Shown here piece by piece: positions 57,609-64,000 of a DNA stretch of 64,000 nt. The notes below the pieces were generated by a model. The model saw only the letters and a program-made list of their open reading frames with translations. It was not told the origin of the DNA and ran no database searches. The position numbers and the translations under genes were made by a program. Origin of the DNA: Ignavibacteria bacterium (GTDB lineage: Bacteria > Bacteroidota > Ignavibacteria > UBA10030 > SZUA-254); NCBI GenBank assembly GCA_016178595.1, contig JACOSY010000016.1:38151-102150 (forward strand). The letters are read 5' to 3'. The number at the start of each line of letters is the position of its first letter. The first letter of the stretch is position 1.

Positions 57609-58118
57609 ATGGCCACCTATAAACGACGACTGGCACGGGAGAAAGTATTGCAAACGCTTTACGCTTATGAGATTTCGCGCGAGCCAATCATCGGCGTCAT
57701 GGATCAGCTCCTCGCTGAATTGAAAGATGATAAAGAGAGCTTCGACTTTGCGAAGAAACTTATCCATGAAGTCATCCAACATCAAGACGAGATCGAGGGG
57801 CGTATTCGGCAGCGCGTCTCCCATTGGGAATTCGATCGCATTGCCGTTATCGACAGAATCCTGCTGCGCATGGGCATTTGCGAGCTGGAGTACTTTCCCG
57901 ATATTCCACCCAAAGTGACGATCAACGAATTGATCGAAGTCGCGAAAACGTTCAGCACGGAAAACAGCGGCCGCTTCGTCAATGGCGTGCTTGATGCCAT
58001 CCTGGAAGACTTGCGGAAGAGCAACACACTGAAGAAAACCGGTCGTGGTCTTATCGATCAAAATTTGACCACGGAAGAAAAGCGAACAGGCCGAGTAAAG
58101 CCCCCGAAAACTACTTGA
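57609..58118 (+). CDS. nusB: Transcription antitermination factor NusB
   Basis: REKVLQTLYAYE...EWEFDRIAVIDRILLRMGICEL is a NusB signature. Confidence 0.85.
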   Translation: MATYKRRLAREKVLQTLYAYEISREPIIGVMDQLLAELKDDKESFDFAKKLIHEVIQHQDEIEGRIRQRVSHWEFDRIAVIDRILLRMGICELEYFPDIPPKVTINELIEVAKTFSTENSGRFVNGVLDAILEDLRKSNTLKKTGRGLIDQNLTTEEKRTGRVKPPKTT

Positions 58119-59392
58119 TGGTACAATCGTTACCCCTCGCACAGCGATCCCGGATTTTCGCCTGGACGCTTTTCGATTTTGCAAACACTGCATTCTCCGT
58201 TATCATTGTCACCGTCATTTACTCACGGTACTTTACCAACCATGTTGCCGGAGGACAACGCTGGTTGTGGGGCCTTGCGGTGAGTCTCTCGATGATTTGC
58301 GCTGCTCTCCTTTCGCCGCCGCTTGGCGCGGCTGCGGATTTCTCCAATCATAAAAAACTTTTTCTTTTCCTCTTCACCATCGTTTCGGTGATCTGCACGG
58401 GACTTCTGTTCTTCGTGCAGCAAGGAATGATCGCAGCAGGCATGTTCATATTTATCCTGGCAAACATCGGCTTTGAAGGCGGTCTCGTATTCTACGACGC
58501 ATTTTTGCCGAGCCTTACCTCGGCACGCTCGTACGGACGTGTATCGGGATACGGATTCGCAATGGGCTATCTTGGCGCACTCGTGGTGTTGCTCATCGTC
58601 AACGTTCTTCTGCCGGAATCAACAAACCCCGATTACTTCTTCTTCATCCGACTGTCGTTCGTTGTTGCGGCAGGATTCTTTCTGGTCTTTTCCATTCCGA
58701 TGTTCATTGCAGTACCTGAACCAATTTCCACTCCCGTTTCGGGACGCATCCCGTATGTTCGTGAAGGGATAAAACGGGCGAGAGCGACATTCCGCGCTTT
58801 GTTTATCAAGAAGGAATATCCGAACATCGCTCGTTTTCTCATTGCCTTCTTCATCTACAATGATGGTATTCTCACGGTCATTGCCTTCGCTGCAATTTTT
58901 GCCGATAACATTCTCCATATGAACGACAAGGATATTATTATTTTCTTTGCCATTGTCCAGACCAGCGCGGTTCTGGGATCCATCGTTTTTGGCATCATCA
59001 CGGATAAAATCGGTCCGAAGAAAACGATTACAATCACGCTCGTCCTCTGGATATGTATTGCCATAGCAGCGTATTTCGTAACGACCGTAACTATCTTCTA
59101 CGTTGTTGCCTGTGCAGCCGGCGCTGCTATCGGCTCGTCACAGTCGGCAAGCCGAAGCATGATGGCGCTGCTGACGCCTCGCGATCGTGAAGCGGAATTC
59201 TTCGGCTTCTACGACGGTCTGTGCGGAAAGGCATCTGCCGTGATCGGACCACTTATCTACGGTCTTACGGCGGATCTTACGAACGAGCGTGTTGCAGCAC
59301 TCACAATCACGGTTTTTTTTGCCGTGGGACTTTTTGTTTTGCAAGGAATCCCGGAACCCGATCGAAAACTTACCGTCTCACCGTCCGGATAA
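58115..59392 (+). CDS. MFS transporter
   Basis: It has 12 predicted TM helices and overlaps the nusB stop. Confidence 0.7.
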   Translation: MMVQSLPLAQRSRIFAWTLFDFANTAFSVIIVTVIYSRYFTNHVAGGQRWLWGLAVSLSMICAALLSPPLGAAADFSNHKKLFLFLFTIVSVICTGLLFFVQQGMIAAGMFIFILANIGFEGGLVFYDAFLPSLTSARSYGRVSGYGFAMGYLGALVVLLIVNVLLPESTNPDYFFFIRLSFVVAAGFFLVFSIPMFIAVPEPISTPVSGRIPYVREGIKRARATFRALFIKKEYPNIARFLIAFFIYNDGILTVIAFAAIFADNILHMNDKDIIIFFAIVQTSAVLGSIVFGIITDKIGPKKTITITLVLWICIAIAAYFVTTVTIFYVVACAAGAAIGSSQSASRSMMALLTPRDREAEFFGFYDGLCGKASAVIGPLIYGLTADLTNERVAALTITVFFAVGLFVLQGIPEPDRKLTVSPSG

Positions 59393-59404
59393 ACCACGGT
59401 CTCG

Positions 59405-59917
59405 ATGAATTATTTCATCCTTTTCACTATATTGAAGAGAGGTTACTGTATGATCTCCGTCGTTCGTTCTGTGGTTCTTTCGCTCCTCGTGCTTCGCTTG
59501 GCGGTGTTCGCAAGTGGGAACGGGTCATCACTTCCGGCAGCCAACAAATACGTACAGTATAGCGCGAAGGTTCAACAGACTCCATGGAAGCCGGGAACCA
59601 CCGGCACTCTTCTCCTCAAACTCACGCCGCAACAAGGCATTCACATCAACACTCAGCCGCCAATTGTAGTTATACTCGATGACTCTTCAAGCATTACGCT
59701 CGTTGGAAAACCCAAGTTTGGAACTGTGAAAGCCGATACAAGTGTCTACCTTGACGCGTCTAAGGCAATCAGGCAATCCTTTACGGTGGCACGATCGGCG
59801 GCACCGGGACCATTACTTCTCAAGGGCACGCTGACGTATTTTTACTGCTCGGATGCCGAAGGATGGTGCAGCAGATTCAAGCAGCCGATCTCGGTAACGG
59901 TTACTGTGGTGAAGTAA
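59405..59917 (+). CDS. Secreted protein, DsbD-N-terminal-domain-like
   Basis: A signal peptide is present (the likely start is at MISVVRS, 59450). C-terminal Cys pairs (FYCSDAEGWC) are seen. Confidence 0.35.
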   Translation: MNYFILFTILKRGYCMISVVRSVVLSLLVLRLAVFASGNGSSLPAANKYVQYSAKVQQTPWKPGTTGTLLLKLTPQQGIHINTQPPIVVILDDSSSITLVGKPKFGTVKADTSVYLDASKAIRQSFTVARSAAPGPLLLKGTLTYFYCSDAEGWCSRFKQPISVTVTVVK

Positions 59918-59926
59918 ACCTCGCCG

Positions 59927-60652
59927 ATGGCGAAAACGTATTTCATATCGGATGCTCACCTTGGGCTGGGAACAAAAGAGGAAGAGCGCGCGAAAGAGCG
60001 GCGGCTGATCGGATTTCTCGACCACATCTGTCTGGATGCCGAACAGCTCTTCATCGTCGGCGATCTGTTCGATGCGTGGTTCGAATACCGAACCGTTATA
60101 CCAAAGGGTTTCCACCGTTTCTTCGCGAAGGTAAGTGATCTCACTGATCGTGGCATGACCATTCATTATCTCGCCGGTAATCATGATTATTGGATGCGGG
60201 ACTTCTTTCGCGATGAGTTAGGAATGAAGACACACTACGAACCGTTCGAGGTACAGATCGATGGAAAGAAGGTTTATATTCACCATGGCGATGGATTGGC
60301 GGCAAACGACACGGGCTACAGAATTCTCAAAAAAGTGTTGCGGGGCAGGCTGAACGTCTGGCTCTATTCATGGCTTCATCCTGATATCGGTCTAACCCTC
60401 GCCAAATCGACATCGAAGCGTAGCCGACGTCACACCGGCGGCAAGAATTATGGCGAGAGTGATACCATGCAGGAATTTGCACGACAAAAGATGAACGAAG
60501 GGTACGATGTCATCGTGATGGGACACCGGCATAAACCGGTATTCCAACAGATTGGCCAGGGCATTTATATTAACCTCGGCGATTGGATCGAGCATAACAC
60601 GTTCGCCGAAATGGACCGCGGCCGCATAGCACTGAAAACGTGGACACCGTAA
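59927..60652 (+). CDS. lpxH: UDP-2,3-diacylglucosamine diphosphatase LpxH-family metallophosphoesterase
   Basis: DAHLG, GDLFD, GNHD and GHRH metallophosphatase motifs are present in LpxH order. Confidence 0.8.
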   Translation: MAKTYFISDAHLGLGTKEEERAKERRLIGFLDHICLDAEQLFIVGDLFDAWFEYRTVIPKGFHRFFAKVSDLTDRGMTIHYLAGNHDYWMRDFFRDELGMKTHYEPFEVQIDGKKVYIHHGDGLAANDTGYRILKKVLRGRLNVWLYSWLHPDIGLTLAKSTSKRSRRHTGGKNYGESDTMQEFARQKMNEGYDVIVMGHRHKPVFQQIGQGIYINLGDWIEHNTFAEMDRGRIALKTWTP

Positions 60653-60667
60653 CACAATACATGACGT

Positions 60668-62887
60668 ATGCCGAAGAATTTTTTGAAGGATAAAAAGAAC
60701 CGTCGATTGCTTGGCTGGAGTGTATTCGCCAGCGTGATGTTCGTCTACATCTGGTATCTGATGTCGGGTCTGCCATCCCTCGAGCAGCTTGAAAATCCGA
60801 AACCGGAATTGGCAACGAAAGTCTATTCGATCGACGGTGAAGTACTCGACCAGTTCTATATCAAGAACCGAACGCGCGTTGGTTTGAACCAACTTCCGAA
60901 AGAGCTTGTCGATGCACTGATTGCAACTGAGGACAAGAATTTTTACGAGCACTGGGGAGTCGACATGCCTCGGTTCATTCGTGCCATGACAAAAAATATC
61001 CTGACGTTCCGGCTGCGAGAAGGCGCATCGACCATCACCCAGCAACTTGCGCGCAATTTATACGATCTCAAAGGAGCGAACGAGAATATCTTCGGAAAAA
61101 TGACGCGCAAGATCCGGGAGTTCATCACGGCAGTGCAGATCGAGCGAAATTACACGAAGAAGGAAATTCTTGAAATGTACTTGAGTATTGCTTACTTCGG
61201 TCGGAGCGCGTACGGCATTGCATCAGCCTCACAAATTTACTTTGGCAAGAACCCATCGGATCTTACGCTCTCCGAAAGCGCATTGTTAATCGGGCTTTTG
61301 AAAGGACCTGGAACATACGATCCATTCCGGCATGCCCAGCGCTCTATCAATCGTCGCAACACCGTTCTCGACCAGATGGTAAAGTACGACTATATTTCGG
61401 AGGCGGTGAGCAAAGAAACGAAAGAAGACCAGCTGAAATTCCGTCCGGCCGATGAATCAACCACAGGAATTGCTCCACACTTCGTTGAGTGGATCCGGCA
61501 GCAACTAATCGCGAAGGCAGAAAAATACGGTTTTGATATTTACCGCGACGGGCTTTCAGTCTACACTTCACTTGACAGCCGGATGCAGCGGTATGCCAAC
61601 CGCGCCGTTGAAGAACATCTCGCCGAAATACAGCCGGTTTTCAACAAACAATGGAACTGGAAGAATCAGAGTGATGAGTTGAGGCAAATGTTGATGGCAG
61701 CAATCCGCAACACGGATTCCTACCGTGAAGCAACGACCTCGCATCAGCGCGACAGCGTCACTCGTGCGTTCAAGAAAAATCATTTCTTTGTCGATTCGGT
61801 GAAGAAAGACGCGCAGCGGATCGAGGTGGGGTTCATTGCAATCGATCATCATAACGGCAATATCCTTGCAATGGTGGGAGGATCAAACTACAAGAGTTTC
61901 AAGTATGGACTCAATCACGTCACACAAATCAAACGCCAGCCGGGTTCAGCCTTCAAGCCATTCGTCTATACGGTTGCGATTGACAATGGATATCCGCCGT
62001 GCTTCGAGCTTCTCAACCAGCCAATCACACTTGTGATGGGAGACGGGAAGCGTTGGGCGCCCGAGAACTTCGATCACGAATTTGGCGGTAAGAAGACGCT
62101 TCGTGAAGGGATCAAGTGGTCAATCAACCTGGTGGCAATCCGCGCTATCATGGAGATTGCACCGGTGAAGCAGGTCATCACTTATGCACATAAGATGGGC
62201 ATCAAATCAGATCTGCCTCCTTACGAGTCGCTCGCTATTGGAACCGGTGAAGTACAACCGTTGGAGATCACCGCCGCATACGGTATTTTCCCGAATGAAG
62301 GTGTGTATGTCGAGCCTATTTCCATTCTAAAAATCGAAGACAAAGACGGAAATGTCATTGAAGATAATCAACCAACGCGACGCGAAGTCTTGAGTCCGGA
62401 AACCGCATACATCATGACAGATATGTTGGAGGGCAACGTCAACGGTGGTACCGGTGGACGCGTACGGAGCTACTTCTGGGGACCTGCTGCCGGCAAGACG
62501 GGAACAACGCAGGATTACGGTGATGCGTGGTTCATCGGCTATACGCCCCATATTACTGCAGGTGTCTGGGTTGGGTTCGACAGCAAATTAATCCACTTTA
62601 CTACCGCAGACGGCCAAGGAGGAAGAGCGGCTGCACCGATCTGGGGCCGCTTCATGAAATACGTTTACGATGACAAGAGCATCGGTTTGCCGCCCGGATA
62701 CTTCGTGCAACCGGGTGGTGTAGAACGTGATACTATTTGCAATGAGACCAAAAAGATTGCCACTCAGTACTGCCCTGACCGAGTTGAGGAAGTCTTCAAC
62801 AAGAAATATCTGCCGGGCACATGCCAGAAGCATACGAGCTGGCACTGGAAAGAAGCAGATGACCCGAAGAATACGATTAACTTCTAG
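60668..62887 (+). CDS. mrcA: Penicillin-binding protein 1A (bifunctional transglycosylase/transpeptidase)
   Basis: GT51 motifs EDKNFYEHWGVD and RQ...TITQQLA are present. The transpeptidase has SAFKP, SxN and KTGT motifs. Confidence 0.9.
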   Translation: MPKNFLKDKKNRRLLGWSVFASVMFVYIWYLMSGLPSLEQLENPKPELATKVYSIDGEVLDQFYIKNRTRVGLNQLPKELVDALIATEDKNFYEHWGVDMPRFIRAMTKNILTFRLREGASTITQQLARNLYDLKGANENIFGKMTRKIREFITAVQIERNYTKKEILEMYLSIAYFGRSAYGIASASQIYFGKNPSDLTLSESALLIGLLKGPGTYDPFRHAQRSINRRNTVLDQMVKYDYISEAVSKETKEDQLKFRPADESTTGIAPHFVEWIRQQLIAKAEKYGFDIYRDGLSVYTSLDSRMQRYANRAVEEHLAEIQPVFNKQWNWKNQSDELRQMLMAAIRNTDSYREATTSHQRDSVTRAFKKNHFFVDSVKKDAQRIEVGFIAIDHHNGNILAMVGGSNYKSFKYGLNHVTQIKRQPGSAFKPFVYTVAIDNGYPPCFELLNQPITLVMGDGKRWAPENFDHEFGGKKTLREGIKWSINLVAIRAIMEIAPVKQVITYAHKMGIKSDLPPYESLAIGTGEVQPLEITAAYGIFPNEGVYVEPISILKIEDKDGNVIEDNQPTRREVLSPETAYIMTDMLEGNVNGGTGGRVRSYFWGPAAGKTGTTQDYGDAWFIGYTPHITAGVWVGFDSKLIHFTTADGQGGRAAAPIWGRFMKYVYDDKSIGLPPGYFVQPGGVERDTICNETKKIATQYCPDRVEEVFNKKYLPGTCQKHTSWHWKEADDPKNTINF

Positions 62888-62932
62888 GAGGAATCAATAG
62901 CAGCGTTGAACCGGGAATAGACGTGTAGTTTA

Positions 62933-63094
62933 CTCTTCTAATTCTGATGCAAAGATGTTTGAGTCTTCGTCAGGAAAAGAGTTACTTGAGGTTTCAGGCT
63001 TGCGCTTTTTGAAGAAGATTGCGAGGGGAAGTGCGACGAGCGCAACAATTCCCACCCATTTGAGAAATTTGAGTACCCCCTTATTCTTGTCCAT
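62933..63094 (-). CDS. Possible small membrane protein (53 aa)
   Basis: The sequence is MDKNKGVLKFLKWVGIVALVALPLAIFFKKRKPE..., with a single TM helix. It is below the ORF-track length cut-off and is my own translation. Confidence 0.25.
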
Positions 63095-63242
63095 AAAGCC
63101 ATTTTTCCCCTATGAGAGACATAATTGATTTCTGCAAAGAAAAGATAAGAGAATGTTTGGGTGTGTTGGTGACGAATATCACTCAACCCGCGTATCGTTG
63201 GCATGGGTAGAACTCAGAGACTTCCCAGGCAAATGCTCTACA

Positions 63243-63653
63243 TTACGGAACAATCAAGCTGCGGACTCTTGCAATCAAGTACTCAAAGTCGAAGGGCTTC
63301 GTAATGTATTCTTTAACCCCCAACTTCTTCGCGTGCATCATCGCCTGTACGTTGTTGAAGGCGGTTAAAAATATCACCGGGATATCCTTCCATTCGTTTT
63401 TTGCCAGCACTTGAGTGAAAAAATCGAATCCATCGATGCCGGGAAGTTTGATGTCGGCGAGAATCAAGTCGGGGTGGTGGTCGATCATTTGATTAAGCGC
63501 ATCTTCGGCACGGGGAACACTGATGACATGATAACCCTGGTCTCGAAATAGTTGAGAGATGGAATGGAGGAGCTCCTCTTCGTCTTCGATGAAAAGTATC
63601 GTCTTACTCTGCGTCACCGCTAAAGTCACCTGGAAAGGTTCGCTATCAGCCAC
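63243..63653 (-). CDS. Response-regulator receiver (CheY-like) domain protein
   Basis: The acidic pocket FIEDEEE, the phospho-acceptor LILADIKLPGIDG and the conserved K (ITKPF) are present. Confidence 0.7.
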   Translation of the reverse strand: MADSEPFQVTLAVTQSKTILFIEDEEELLHSISQLFRDQGYHVISVPRAEDALNQMIDHHPDLILADIKLPGIDGFDFFTQVLAKNEWKDIPVIFLTAFNNVQAMMHAKKLGVKEYITKPFDFEYLIARVRSLIVP

Positions 63654-63755
63654 ATGAATTCAGTGGCTCTAATATAGTTTTTCATCAAGCGAAAGTCAAT
63701 AATTGAAACTGCGTGCGGAATTTCGTATATTGATTTACTTTTCCGATAGTTCATT

Positions 63756-63839
63756 GCCCGGATGGCGGAATTGGCAGACGCGCTAGCTTCAGGAGCTAGT
63801 GGCCGCAAGGTCGTACAGGTTCAAGTCCTGCTCCGGGCA
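63756..63839 (+). tRNA. tRNA-Leu (anticodon CAG)
   Basis: The acceptor stem GCCCGGA pairs with TCCGGGC. The anticodon stem CTAGC/GCTAG carries the loop TTCAGGA. A long variable arm and a TTCAAGT T-loop are present. CCA is not encoded. Confidence 0.75.
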
Positions 63840-64000
63840 CTTTCGTATTGCTAAATACTCTTCCTCTTGACTTACCGGTTTCTTCAAATTGATTATAATA
63901 TCGTTCGATCTGGCTGTTTATGACCGGGAGCTTTCGCACATAAACTTGCACTTTCCTCGTTTCGGGATCAACTTCAATCTGACTGATACATCGTTGAACA

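Noticed and set aside
62938-63204. 88-aa ORF between the PBP1A and response-regulator genes
   Set aside because: It has no features. A shorter 53-aa ORF with a TM helix in another frame looks more plausible and is listed with low confidence.
63840-64000. Possible integrase C-terminus downstream of tRNA-Leu
   Set aside because: The only open minus-strand frame runs into the tRNA itself and shows no recombinase motifs. There is too little sequence to call.

Overview
The window is a 64-kb chromosomal segment, likely from an FCB-group bacterium, with a GC content of roughly mid-50%. That assignment rests on two divergently oriented giant proteins carrying type-IX-secretion (T9SS) C-terminal sorting domains and on a GldA/GldF/GldG-like ABC transporter set. 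There are three kinds of content.

1. A lower-GC islet at about 170-3600 encodes a trypsin-like serine peptidase, a putative Type II restriction endonuclease and an alpha-class DNA methyltransferase.

2. A 14-gene, all-minus-strand cluster (4302-19071) looks the most interesting. It contains myo-inositol-1-phosphate synthase, a HAD phosphatase, a Gfo/Idh/MocA dehydrogenase, two CDP-alcohol phosphatidyltransferases, a class-III aminotransferase, an ATP-grasp enzyme, an MprF-like flippase domain, the MlaFED phospholipid transporter and an NTP transferase. It also has a membrane-fused spermidine-synthase-like enzyme.
   - This reads as a phospholipid-headgroup (inositol or aminocyclitol) biosynthesis and trafficking system, probably using a CDP-inositol route.
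   - MITE-like palindromic elements (CCCTCTCCC-Nn-TGGGAGAGGG, bounded by GGGTGAGGGT inverted repeats) sit at the 5' ends of its genes.
   - The 5' end of the HAD gene is triplicated as diverged copies, each fused to a repeat and each joined to its neighbour by an ATGA stop/start overlap.

3. Housekeeping genes: thrC-like, aroK, aroB, obg, yebC, nusB, lpxH, PBP1A, Leu/Val dehydrogenase, a PpiD-like chaperone and a tRNA-Leu(CAG) at the 3' edge.

A second repeat family (about 145 bp, four hairpins) occurs twice in opposite orientations. Together with a palindromic element it brackets a small low-GC islet encoding a possible HEPN (Rx4HxH) protein.

All calls are from manual reading of the ORF translations and sequence. 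No database searches were run.
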